DNA from: Toensbergia leucococca
Lineage: Eukaryota
Direction: 5' to 3'
Length of the DNA: 20,000 bases
Assembly: GCA_022813965.1 (NCBI GenBank)
Contig: JALDZS010000111.1
Coordinates: forward strand, 56,746 to 76,745
The position numbers and the translations under genes were made by a program. Of this stretch, positions 1 through 11,312 are shown piece by piece (the stretch's first letter is position 1; each line of letters opens with the position of its first letter). The notes under the pieces are model-generated. The model saw only the letters and a list, made by a program, of their open reading frames with translations. It did not search any database and was not told the origin of the DNA.

Positions 1-55
1 ATTTTCGCCTCGAGAGCTCAATAATTGCGGTGCTAACGTCTTGGTCTGAATACAG

Positions 56-1009
56 CTACAGTGCGGCACGTTTTCCTTCATCCAATCTCCGTCGTGCTTG
101 GGTCTAGCCATATCATGGACCGGGTCAGAGATGGACGATGGTCTCAAGAGTCTCGTCTTAGAGAGACCCGTCTAAGGGATCTGATGATGGTAAGCTTCTC
201 TCGAGTCTCTTACTTCAACACCTTCGAGCATTTCTTTTCATCAACTGTTTGCAGCCATAGTCACGAGGATCGAAAGCCTTACAACATAAGCGTGCAGAAT
301 TACTGACACTATTCAACAAGGTTGACCTGGGGTTAGAACGGAGAGAGACGTTGTCAACGAATGAGAACGCCGAAGTACGACGTCGTCACACCGAAACCAA
401 TCAGGCTGAGGCGATATTCATCAAAGCAAGACCTACCCTCCCGGGTTGGGACGGTAAGTCGGCTCAGACTCTATCTAGCAGTCAGGAATACAAGCTGAAG
501 CCTATATAGCGGTTGGTAACGATGATATCTCTGATGAGGGGCTCGAGACGCTAGACAATGGCCAAGGGCATAGGCTTCGTCTTCAGGCTTTGGAGAATCT
601 TCGCAATACTACGATTCCCGATAGCGTGTCACTCCAAGCTACCTCGACGGAAACGGCCTCGCGTGGCGAGGGTGTGGGTCTTGATCTTTTACAAGAACAC
701 ACCCCGCCCATGCCTCAGTCGTCAATTCGGGTCAAGCTTCCGACGGAGCCTCCTTTACATCTACCAATTCGGCATCAGCGAGCGGAAGAGGCAATGGCGG
801 AAGATCGACCACTAAGGGAGCTGCGTGTAAGGCCTCCTGCTCGTGTCAGGCTCCCCTTGGCCTCGGCCTCATCCACGACGACTTACCATCAAGCGCCTCG
901 CCAAACACTGATTGGCGAAGATCTGGTTCGTCCCATCCAGCTAAGTGGTCGATCGTCTAGAGATCCTCGTGATGACTCCTGGAGTCGTGGCGGCCGTATG
1001 AGACGTTGA
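56..1009 (+). CDS. 3' part of a spliced gene, unknown low-complexity protein; exons 56-189, 321-453, 510-1009
   Basis: Branch/acceptor GCTAAC..TACAG ends at 55. Intron 190-320 is GTAAGC..TACTGAC..AAG and intron 454-509 is GTAAGT..GCTGAAG..TAG. Splicing joins ORF 61 and ORF 590 in frame with no stop until TGA at 1007-1009. Confidence 0.65.
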
Positions 1010-1229
1010 GGGTGGTGGATCGCATATTGCATTTTTTTCATATGTACAGCAGCGGCTCTGGCACATGCAATCTACTAATACATTCTTTTCCTTCTTCTCA
1101 TCTATCTATCTATCTAGAGCTTGACAAGTCACTCACCGCGACTGGAGGCTGGGCATCTCCATGTTGGCGCGGCACCATACAAGCAGATAAGCAATGGACA
1201 CTACCAAAAACACTTGAAAAAGAAAAACC

Positions 1230-1306
1230 CTTCTAAAAAAATCTCCGAGATTGGGAGTTCAATCCCCACTTTTGGACACCCACACCTGATTTTTTGAACG
1301 TTTTTT
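1230..1306 (+). other. Possible degenerate tRNA 3'-half remnant (Arg-UCU-like)
   Basis: CTTCTAA (1230-1236), GAGATT, GGGAG-TTCAATC-CCCAC (B-box/T-arm-like, 2 mismatches in the stem), then T6 runs at 1290 and 1301. No D-arm and no paired anticodon stem. Confidence 0.25.
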
Positions 1307-1523
1307 ACTAAAGCCATTTAGAGCACCTTACAATAAAACCACACCAGACAAACCCAACCACAGTCGCTTCGCACCCCTAATTCGCCATCGCTCATCAGCC
1401 GCACTACGATCTCAACCTTATACAGCTCAGGCGGCTCGAGCCCCAGCTCGCCACTCTTTCTCCTCCAACAATGTATTCACCATCTTAGCCCACGATAGCG
1501 AATACTCCTCTTCGAACGCTGCC

Positions 1524-2003
1524 ATGGCAAAGACGCCTGACAGCATCAGCTTTCTCAAGCTCAATTACCCTTCGCCCATCCACTCCGGCTACACCAATGG
1601 TTACGAAGATGGCTATGACGCCGGAGTGGAGGATGGGCGAAACAATCAAGAAGAGCAATTGAAAGATACTTCAGACCATCAGGATGAAGATAGTACCACT
1701 GTTCCAGAAGACGAAACTAACCTGTCTGGCTGTTCAGTATTAGCAGTGTCTCTCTACTCAACCTCTCTTCTATCTCCCAAGAAACGAAAGAGAAAACAAA
1801 AAGGAGAACCAAAACAAAACAAAAGCAATCACAAATACAAAAAGCGTATGAAAAACCAAAGAGAGAGTGATGTCACAAGAACAAGATATCTTCCTTCCTC
1901 TATCTCCACGGAGAGTTCTCAAGAACTCGCCCACCCCATATGCCTTGCGAAGCTCAGGCTGTTGCAGCCCCAGCTCAAACAAGGATCGTTTTGTCCCGTG
2001 TGA
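1524..2003 (+). CDS. Hypothetical protein or remnant with GYxxG repeats, acidic tract and basic NLS-like segment
   Basis: 159-aa ORF with GYTNGYEDGYDAGVEDG, an acidic stretch and PKKRKRK. The C-terminal part may be out of the original frame. Confidence 0.35.
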   Translation: MAKTPDSISFLKLNYPSPIHSGYTNGYEDGYDAGVEDGRNNQEEQLKDTSDHQDEDSTTVPEDETNLSGCSVLAVSLYSTSLLSPKKRKRKQKGEPKQNKSNHKYKKRMKNQRESDVTRTRYLPSSISTESSQELAHPICLAKLRLLQPQLKQGSFCPV

Positions 2004-2328
2004 AGACTCTTTACTGTCCCGTACGAATGAGCAGCAGTATTGATTGAGACTCGTCCACGAACCGCCAAGAAACGAACAAGCTGCAGCTATGGCAAATGGT
2101 GCTCCTACGTCGCCAAAACGCCCTCTACAATCTCCTCTAGGGCCCAAACGAGAGGAACAGAAAATTGCTATGCAAGAGGAGCTTCTATAGACCTATTTTA
2201 TATATAGATAGTGGTGTTGCTACATCACATGCTTTTTGGGTATCATTAATTACACCTTTATACTCTCTTACATTGCAAAGGTTCAGATACTGAAGAATCA
2301 ATCATCGGTAATTCCAATCAACTCTCTA

Positions 2329-3170
2329 ATGGGGTCTCCAACGGAGGATTCATTCCCATTTATGAAATTACCTTTGGGACTACGCACGATGGTCTACGAC
2401 GACCATCTTGCCAGACTATGTGGTTGGCTTACTCCGAGGTGGGCATCAAAGAAGATAAGGCTCACCTGACTGGTATAATGGTAATGCCAGGAGTGCCTTT
2501 TCGCATGAAGAAAAGATATTACCATGGCAAGGCGAAGAAAGAATCGCCGTATAACCCCTGGGCGCCGGTCCTCCAAGGCTGCAAAGCCTACGAAGAACGT
2601 CTTCTACTGAACGCAAAGACCCATCACTTGAGTGAAAGGGCGGCTGTCAAAGCGCACTATAGAAAGAATGTTTTAAATAGTGAGACACCCGTGGCTGTCG
2701 GTATGGTCCTCGGCCTGGGCAATGTTTTAATGATGCACGGTGCTGAATTTCAGCGATACTTCGAGGTAAGTACTGAGTCCCAGATAGTTGCTAAACAACT
2801 ACTAAACCCCGTAGCATTCTGTCATTCGGTTTCGATACTCAGCTAAAATAGATGCTGCGATGACTGATGATTTGTTGCCGCCTCTTCGACTCGTGACGCA
2901 TTAAGTTCCGAGGAGCGCTAGCCATGAAAGGAATAGATTGAGGTTCGATTTATAGGATGGAGTCATAGCATCCGCCTCTGGGCACAGATGCCCCAAAGTC
3001 CCCGCCAATGGTGCCTTGAGGCTGAGACGGGTCTTGTACAAGATAGAAGCCGTTCAATCTTGACGCGCAAAGTCTTACCAAGCATCCTCAGAAGACGATT
3101 GTGGAATCCCCAAGGAAAAAGCCCAAGTTGGCTGTCGAGCCCCAAGAGGAAAATGCTGATGTTAATGAGT
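2329..3170 (+). pseudogene. F-box-like (F.F..LP.E.R..IY type) protein pseudogene
   Basis: ATG 2329, then FPFMKLPLGLRTMVY (2353-2397). Frameshift near 2410 into ORF 2418, intron 2766-2814 (GTAAGT..TAG), then in-frame stops. 3' limit approximate. Confidence 0.6.
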
Positions 3171-3776
3171 ACGAGGAGAATCAAGATGATGACCGACCCA
3201 GTTGTTCACGCTCAGGAAATGGTTCTGCATCCCGAACCAGTACATCGTCGACATTCAGTCTCTTCTTCCTCTTCATGCCATTACTACTTGCTTTGCATCT
3301 TGGACACTTTGTTTGTCAATACATCTCATCATAAGGCTTTCCCTAAGAGATCGTTCCTGCGTCTCAATATGTTGTTCTACGATCATGAAGCCAAATACCA
3401 CGAAATGGTAGTTTTCCGCTTCCATCACTATATTACATGCAATTCCAATGGCACGAGAAGCCTTGCTTATAAGGAAAGGTACAATCGCACAAGACCGTTC
3501 TTTATTTTGCTCGCAACATGTTATCGAAGCCTAAATCTTTCGGCCAGGACAATACGGTCAATCAACAGTCTACGTACAACTTAGACCTCATCGAATTACC
3601 TTTCGAGGGTAATATCCGGCGCTCTATTCGTCAAGGGATAGATCCATCACAAGAAACGCTAATTCAAAAATTGCCAGTCTATGGACACGACATTGAATTG
3701 TGGGAAGATACCGCAATCAAAATTTGATTCAAATCAGCCCTCATGGTGATACATCACAGTGTCAGAGACTGTTGAA

Positions 3777-4154
3777 TCTCCCAGATCTCTAAAATTACCT
3801 CCAGAGATCCGCAATAGAGACGGATTCACTCTGACTTCGTATATGATGAAAGTGTTCACGAGGCGCAACGCTTGATGGCTTTCTCATTTTCCGCTCGAGC
3901 AAACGCGATTGCTCGACAAAACGCGATTGCTCGACATAACGCGATTGCTCGACATTAAGAAAGAAATCAATCGAGAATACCTGGCGGAACAGATTCAGAC
4001 GGAACGGGCTTACGGCAATATTGTAGAGGGCTATACGACCTCAATAGCCCAGCTAATCAAGTCTTTCGAACCCTTTTCTTCAAGCCTACCAATCACCCAA
4101 AATGACGGTATATTAAAGAAGTGGACAAATAGGAGAAGATGGAGGCGCAGCTAG
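3777..4154 (+). pseudogene. F-box-like protein pseudogene
   Basis: LKLPPEIRNR (3789-3818), TGA at 3873, then in the same frame LLDIKKEINRE, which resembles the LL.v.K.I..E motif usual downstream in this fungal family. Confidence 0.55.
3901..3954 (+). repeat. 18-bp tandem repeat x3, (A/T)AACGCGATTGCTCGACA
   Basis: Units 3901-3918, 3919-3936, 3937-3954 with 1 mismatch; in frame, encoding TRLLD(K/I) x3. Confidence 0.95.
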
Positions 4155-4322
4155 GAACGACGAATCCGCGGACGATGACACCAATGACCTCGTCCCAAGA
4201 TTTCCAACGTATCCCAAGGCGGTATAATTACTCTTGGTAACAACCACCACCACTCAACGAGACACCGATTCGGCGAAGAAGCCGAAACATGATACGCAAG
4301 GAAGCCTCGCCAATCAATCTTA

Positions 4323-4403
4323 AGACACCGACGCATACACTCCGGAAAGCGACCTTACAAATGTCCATTTGCAAGCTGTCAGAAAACATTTACTCGGCGT
4401 ACC
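4323..4403 (+). pseudogene. Isolated fragment of a conserved fungal multi-C2H2 zinc-finger transcription factor
   Basis: RHRRIHSGKRPYKCPFASCQKTFTRRT: end of one finger, canonical linker and first half of the next. The His pair of the second finger is missing and there is an in-frame TGA just upstream. Confidence 0.85.
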
Positions 4404-4922
4404 GTTAGTGTGACGACCATAGGAGATGATGAAGCAAATTCCGCGGAAGGAACAATCAATGACACAGTTGACACTCTCAGATCATGCCAGGAAAATCGAG
4501 ATGTCATTCATTCAACAACTATTGCCCGGCACATCTTCGCGAAGTGCCTCCAAGAAAATCGTAATACCAACCTCTACCGCTCCAGCAAAGGCTCCCCAAA
4601 CCCCAACATCATCCCATCATTCCATGGCGGTGGCAGTCAGACCTTTGAAGCTTGAGACATATTCATGCTCTGCATGTACTCAGATCTTTCATACAACCAA
4701 GGTCTATGCCATGCGAGTGGCCTGTGCCCTCCGCTTCTGTTTACAGCGCCCATCCTTCGCCATCGATACACATACTCAGCGTCTGTATGCTGAATTGAGT
4801 CCCCGAGAAAGCGACTTCACCGCATCCTCTTCCGTCTCCACCATTTAGCCGACAAGCTACTTATCAAGCCATCGTTGCAAAAACTTCCCGACGAACTTTC
4901 CGAACTAACTGAAATTCTACCC

Positions 4923-5046
4923 TTTCTACTACCCAAGGGTTGAAATCCAAGCACAGTCCCGACGACTCTCCTTACTAAATAAAACTCTTAAGTCTTAATT
5001 TTTCTACCTACCCAAGGGTTGACGAAATCCAAGCACAAGTCTCCTT
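4923..5046 (+). repeat. Direct repeat pair, 4923-4973 and 5001-5046
   Basis: TTTCTAC(C)TACCCAAGGGTTG(ACG)AAATCCAAGCACA(A)GTC(CCGACGACTC)TCCTT; the copies differ only by indels. Confidence 0.9.
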
Positions 5047-5101
5047 TTTCAAGCATTCTGCACATACGCTGTCCGCAAGCTTACTTTTTCGTATCATTTC
5101 G

Positions 5102-5135
5102 CCGCTCTCACACACACCGCTCTCACACACACCGC
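5102..5135 (+). repeat. 15-bp tandem repeat CCGCTCTCACACACA x2, plus partial
   Basis: 5102-5116 and 5117-5131 are identical, followed by CCGC. Confidence 0.9.
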
Positions 5136-5454
5136 CCTACCGCCGCCCACAACACTGGAACCAACTCACCTCATCTCGCCACAGTGTCCGCGCCAAATGA
5201 AGACGTCGAACCCGCCCAACAAGCCTCCGAGCAATCCCCTCAACTCCCTCACCACCAACCGCGACAACCACAACAATCACAACAACAGCAGTAGCAGAAG
5301 CAGATGGAAAGGTAGGGGGGAGAGGGTGCTGAGTGCGAATCCGCTGCCTCCATTTCCCAATCGCTCGATTTTCTGATGGAGGCATCAATCCTGCACATGC
5401 CAGGCTTGCCAGCACATATCCAAGGCGTAGAGCCGCGAAAGGAATGGGAAGACC

Positions 5455-5651
5455 AGAAATATTCGAGGACCATCATCTTTGCTATCCAGACCTTCCCAAT
5501 TACTATTACTATTCCACCAATCAGCACTTGAGACGTTAGAATGCTCTGCGTCAAGATAAAGGACTTGCCCAGTCTTTCAACTTCTGCCTCTAACCTATCT
5601 ACTCAAATACCTCTGGAGATAATAGACTATGTCGAAGATAGGCGCCTCCCC
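5455..5651 (+). pseudogene. MED10: Mediator subunit Med10/Nut2 remnant
   Basis: SLSTSASNLSTQIPLEIIDYVEDRRLP (5571-5651) matches the Med10 IP.EII.YVE..RNP motif. Upstream, frameshifted, *NALRQ/IKDL matches TQ.A.K.EI..L. The DIYTREFVE C-terminal half is absent. 5' limit approximate. Confidence 0.7.
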
Positions 5652-6119
5652 GGCATCTCCTCGATATGCCATCAAGCTACAACGAATGGATGGGTATATA
5701 CTAACAAAAAACAAATAGTACAGACAACTGGCTCTCCGAGAATGGCGATAAAGAGCTTGAAGTCTCCTCCTGAACCTTCCTCTTCTTCCTACATTTATTA
5801 TCCTTTATTTCTGCACTTTATCTATTGTTTAGCGATGTAACTTTCGACTCGTCGAGAGAGGGCAAAGACCCTTGTTACTTCATACGTCATCCCACGCCCA
5901 TGATTACAGATTCTATCGAACGCAATTAGAAGCGTTGCTCAATCGGCCATCTAGCTACAAGCTATGTTTGGTTCAAGCGTCTGGAGGAAAACCAAGACGA
6001 TGATAGGATACAGAACTTACTGAATGATTGTGGGCTCCTCGATGCATGCCTCACGTTGAGGAGGCCACCAATCCGCGAATCGAGCTGAGTGTGACTAAGA
6101 AGAGGGAATTCGGCGTAGA

Positions 6120-6710
6120 AGTGATAGGGGAGACAGAGGATGGCAATCAACGGAAAGAAGCGTGGGACAAGAGTGGAGAAGAGCGGAGAAATCAAGAATG
6201 AGAATGAGGACTAGGACTAGCAGGAGCATGTCAACATCGTGTTGGGGGATGAGACAGAAATGAAGGGGATAAAGAGAGATGCAGAGACTTATGAAGGTAA
6301 AAAGAGTTCTGAGAGCAAAAAGATTTGCGAAGGTAAAAAGAGTTACGAAGTTAAAGGGAAGTAAATCTGCTCTCAAACGAAAGAAGTAGCAAGAGGCAGA
6401 GGCAGGGAGCGAGGGCCAGAGTAGTAATGAGGAGGAACACGCGAGCAATCCTCCGAGCAACCCTCCCAGCAACCCTACCACCCCCAAACCTTCCTCCCAC
6501 ACCTGACCGCGCAACGCGCCCACTACCTCCAGACCCTAACCAGCCGACTCAACGCCGTCAGGGCCAAATTCCGCACAACACTGTGCGCCCAAGCCGCCAT
6601 ACTGGAGCAACACGTTGCGGAGGAAGACCTCGCCGACCTCTTTCAGGAGAACGAGACGAAGGTCCATCCACATACGCCCAGTTTCTCGGACTCAACTTTG
6701 GTTCTATAGC
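6120..6710 (+). pseudogene. Charged/Gln-rich protein remnant of unknown family, with an internal 18-bp repeat
   Basis: E/K-rich frame broken by TAG/TAA. Repeat units 6293-6310, 6311-6328, 6329-6346 encode EGKKSS/ESKKIC/EGKKSY. Then open ...FLPHLTAQRAHYLQTLTSRLNAVRAKF...VL* ending at 6709. Confidence 0.4.
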
Positions 6711-7499
6711 TCTTCCGCACAAGATCCTTTGATGTTCTCACAGTCAAACTTATATATAGACTGTCTGATGCCTTCACGCAGCATTCGGCTCGAGTGGATA
6801 ATCAGATGAACCCTCCAAGCACACCGAGCCCTTCCAAGAAAATCATAATCCCAACTTTTGCGGCGGAAGTAATATAATATATATGGGACTATCCGGGCCG
6901 CATTTTCTGTCTCCTTCACGCTCCGGTATATATCCACTCCCCTTTACCATCGCGCAGCAACCCTGGCGGAGCGTGATCAGCTCACGGATGATTGGAGCGT
7001 TGCATGCCGCAGCCCGTTCCTGAGCATCCAAGTCTAAAAGACCATGCAAAATTCTCTTCTAAAATTGAAGGTGAAAAGCTTTCGTCAAAGCTCATCAAGC
7101 ATCGCAGCTGAGCATTAATGAAGCTTAGCTACTAGGAGACAGTGATGGCCTAATTCATGAAGCAACAAACGAGAAAGGTGAAGCGTCGAAAAATTCACAG
7201 CAGATTCTATTGGGATCTTCTACTATAAGTATCTTGGTTTTTCTGCACAATCTCGTCCTCTTTTCCCCTCAACATTTTCGACTTTCCTTCTATATCTTCG
7301 AATACTTACATGATCTTGAATTATACTATCTCTATTGCTTCCTGGCTCTCTTCTCTACCTTTCACTTTGTTATTGAATCGAGAGCACTGGACGTTGATCT
7401 AACTCAATCTCACCAACCATTAAGACTGATCTCGATTAACTCACTTCTTGTGGGATGTCGATTACTCAACCCGTCACTTTTAGTCTATAGCTGGGTAGC

Positions 7500-8400
7500 C
7501 GCCATTCCAGATGTATAATCTCAACAAGAGTATCTCAGTACGACTATGAAAGAAGCTTGGAAGTCTGATAGGAAGCGTACTGTATGTTCGGAACCTTTCA
7601 ATGACTTTTCATTTTATGATAAAGAACGGTGTACTGACTCAGTAACTCCTTCTCATAAGCAGAGATTCTTGAAACCAGTATCATTTCTGAACCCCTCAAG
7701 TCGCCCTTGAGGTAATATCACTTTTGCTGAACATTCTTACTAGTTCTTAAGATCAAGAATTCTTTTATTTGGGAAGCATGGAGACCACACCCCTCCTGGT
7801 ATGTTTGTCTCCATTGCGCTCTTTACATGTCTTCTGTGGCTTTGGGGCATGTATCTAGTAAATACCATCAACACTTTGGCTTCCTCTTTACCTCACCTCA
7901 CCTGGTGTATCTGAACAAACAACGCAAGGAAGAATTAGGAAAGGCATAGACGGGTAAGGGTTGATGAACAGAAGGAAGTGACAATTACGCCTAGTCTCGG
8001 AGAAGACTATCAAATTTCATCCTTGAATCGACTTGCTGAAATACAACGTTAAGCCTGTACGAGGAAAGATTACGAGGCAGGTTTAAGAGTTGGCTACCAG
8101 AGCCAAAGAATAATCTGGAATCAAAACCTACGGCACAATACATACAAGGTATAGGCCACTGTTATCGCTTCAAAGCAAAGGAAGTAACCAAACGCCCAAC
8201 CGCGAAGTCGAATGCCGCCTGTGCCGTAAGCTCAAAATTGGAGATAAAACTTGTTCACCCTTGGTAGCCTGGAGATAATGAACTCAATACCATATTGATG
8301 GACTCACAAAGCCCACATTGTTGTTACTCAAAAAGCGCTGGCGCTTTTGTTTAGGGGAATTCAGAGGAAAGCTTATGTACATATAACACAAGGATTAGAA
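7500..8400 (+). pseudogene. Multi-intron gene remnant, product unknown
   Basis: Intron-like 7582-7659 (GTATGT..TACTGAC..AAG), second GTATGT donor at 7799, short exon-like pieces with stops. Limits approximate. Confidence 0.25.
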
Positions 8401-8958
8401 TGAAGATACATGACCACTCACAAAGTTCCGTCAAAGTGGACGTTAAACGCACTCATCTAGCTGGATGTCAAACGCAGCACTGTGAAGTTTGATGCTATAT
8501 GCGCCTAGGCTGAGAGAATTGAACAGTCCTTTTACAGAGACATTAAATGCACAGCAGAGATGGTCATCGTATCCCGGACAGCAATACCGGAATTCCGAAC
8601 TCGTTTCGCCTTTGGACGTCTATGCTTGTGTGCCATTCACGACCCAGTTGCTGGAGACAGGACTATATCTTGAAGAACTGGACAACAGGCCTTCATCATA
8701 ATACGTACGTCATCGACGGGGAGCATATGGGAGAAGTGACATAGGTCCAGCCGTTCTGAGTGTTTAGGGCAAGCCAAAAGGCCAAGGATGCCGGGAAGGC
8801 CATGTCGGCTAAGTTCGAACTTCGACACCAATTACACCATATCAACGTCGGCGACAACGATCTTGTAGCCCCACAGTAATAGAATGATGTCGGACCTCTC
8901 CCACGGTCAGATTTCTTCAACGGATCAAAAAGCTAACGAGACGTGAACTTACCAAGAG

Positions 8959-10021
8959 CTAAGCGTTGGTGATATGTACTTGTGCAAGACACTCAATCTT
9001 GAGATGCTCGAGACAAAATATAGTGCAAGGTCTTACTCCTAGGTGCAAGCCTTTGGTTGATGCGGAATTCTTTCTGGTAGCTACGCCCAGAAGATTTTGA
9101 GAAACCCTTATAAAAGCGGAGAACTGAGTCAAAAACGAAAGCACGAGCTCTTCGCCATTGCATTTCTTCCTTCGATCTGCATCACCCTCAGCTATTTTCG
9201 GGAGCTTTCGAGCCGACACACAAGGCCAGAAGTTTTATTTCGATGGAGTATGATGGAAATGCTCTGCAATTTTCGATATGTCTGCACGGATAGCAAGTTC
9301 GTGGTTCATTGTACCAGTGTACTATCTCATCAACCTCTGAGCTGCATTTCGTGCTGGATCAAGTAAGATAAAGGGTTAGGGAATGTTATCTCAAACACAG
9401 AAAGCTCTTTGCCGCGTTTGTTGGAAGAAGAAAGATCTCGAAGACTTTGCTTCTGGAATCGATATCTTCTGTAATATCCAAGCCATATTCATGACCTACG
9501 GTTGTCGAAGATTCACAATCCACGGAGATGTGCCAATCCACCTCATCCTCGGTGGCTGCTGTTGTCCATTTTACCGGACATTAGAAAGTGTCACATTCTA
9601 CCATATGTCGAAAATCTTACCATGACGGAGTGTTGACTCATTCCTGATTCGCTAAAGTTTTTCGTATCCAGAAATCAACCAACTAAATCCTGACTCAAAG
9701 AAAATTCAAAAAAAAGAACCTTCTGATAGTCAAGCTGTGTCGTCTTCTTCGTCTTCGACTCATAAGCATGATCGTTCACCCTTCGATGAAGTTAGCAAGA
9801 TGGGATACCGATTGATCATTCCAAACTTACAAGATGAAGAGCAGGCGGAACCTGTTATCAATTGCAGTCCCTGAAGTTGAAGTCTGTTTCTTTGACGGCC
9901 CACTCCAGTCTTGGCATCTCCCAGTAGCTTTCGCGGACCACGCTGGAATGTTGCATCCCAATCCCGTTGAATGACAGGCAACACGCTGTTTGACGATTAC
10001 TATTATAAGAATAAGCGTCAA
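8959..10021 (-). pseudogene. Minus-strand spliced gene remnant, product unknown
   Basis: Minus-strand introns 9830-9781 (GTAAGT..GCTAAC..AAG) and 9620-9559 (GTAAGA..TTCTAAT..CAG). Exon reads ATEDEVDWHISVDCESSTTVGHEYGLDITEDID...; stops and frameshifts elsewhere. Confidence 0.45.
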
Positions 10022-10205
10022 TCGTACGTTGACAAGTATACGATACCAGGGCAGTTTTCAGAGTAGAAAAACACTCTATTCATAGGCCGTTGATCCGGTA
10101 TTACGGGAGGTCAATTTGAGCTGATAGCCAACTGTGAGAATTACATAAATATCCTAAGCCAGTCCAATTAGGAAACACAGTACATTGATGTGTATTTCTC
10201 AACAG

Positions 10206-11069
10206 GCGATCCTTTTTAGTACGTCAATCGATAGAAAATGGACACGATAATCCTTTCTTGGAGAAGAAAATTGGAGTCTCGAATGGAACGCAGAGACACG
10301 AAGAAGAAGCCAGCCATACATTTGACCTTGAGGATCGCAAGCAACACCAAGAAGGAGCCAGCCATGTACCTGAGGAGCGCCGCATTATCACGCCACCACC
10401 ACCTGAGGTTCGCCGTGTCATCACACCGGCTCCGCCTGACATTCCTACCTTCGCTACTCCCGGGGGACGTCCTCTACCAGATGCGCTAAGTGACACGCGT
10501 CTGGGGCGATATCTAAATGAGCCTAGGGCATCAGGCATGATGGGCGTGAACGAGTTGAATAGAGATATCTCATGGCGCACCTCAAATACTTCTTAGCAGC
10601 CCCACACCTTACAAAAGCCACAATGCCAAATTGTCCGAATATATCCTTTGAGCCTACGCTAAAATGGCTTACACAGCGTTCAAACTTAGAGAGTTCCGAA
10701 GAAATCCCTCTAATCTTCCTTATACCTCCCGCTCAAGTGGGCCCCGGTGGGAGAGCAAGCATTTTTGAAAAGCTTTATACGAAGCCAATTGCGTCCCGAA
10801 AGACTCCAAGCCCCATTAACATCCTATCCCCATCTAGACTTAGCAGGGCTCATCATATCCTCAACCAAGTCCGTGCCCGCGCTGCCGCTAATTACACTAT
10901 CGCCGTTATGGCCGCCATGAATAGGGCCAGTCCGAGCCAAAGAAAGAGACAAAGATGCTTCAAAGCTCCCACAAATAAGAAACCCAGAATGGCTGACGGT
11001 TTCAAGACATGGGGCAAAACAACAACGAAGTCAGAAAGATTCGTCCTTTCGATCGCTATCTTCCTATAA
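10206..11069 (+). pseudogene. Pro-rich hypothetical protein, one apparent frameshift
   Basis: Acceptor-like CAACAG at 10205. ORFs 10258-10596 and 10572-11069 overlap in different frames. Internal duplication RRIITPPPP / RRVITPAPP. Confidence 0.4.
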
Positions 11070-11312
11070 AAAGGTTCATGGGAGGAATTGATTGCTGGAT
11101 GATCAGGAGTTTTAATTCAAGACATCTAAGATAAGACTTTTAGCGGAATGGTCCGACACGATTCAAATCGAACACGCCTATTCATTAAGTTGTATGGTTT
11201 GACCGAAGAGCTCTGATTTGGAAGGATGGTAGGAATCCAAGGAACAAAGGTAAATGTTGTTTAGTGTTGCTCAGCCTTTCTTCTCGAGCCTCTTGCACCG
11301 CAGATTCCACCT

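Noticed and set aside
1584..1640. Yae1/FliH-type protein from GYxxG repeats
   Set aside because: Short low-complexity motif with no further family similarity.
3901..3954. CRISPR-like array
   Set aside because: Head-to-tail repeats with no spacers, in eukaryotic DNA.
6704..7049. HET-domain remnant on the minus strand
   Set aside because: Only vague resemblance; no diagnostic motif.
6095..7518. Membrane proteins from hydrophobic ORFs 6095-6523 (-) and 7210-7518 (+)
   Set aside because: They are antisense shadows of purine-rich, charged-residue coding remnants on the opposite strand.
9020..9560. Small GTPase or G-alpha remnant on + (CKVLLLG, FEPT, DVPIHLILG)
   Set aside because: No GxxxxGKS, DxxG or NKxD motif; pieces are in different frames, and splice signals indicate the minus strand is the coding one.
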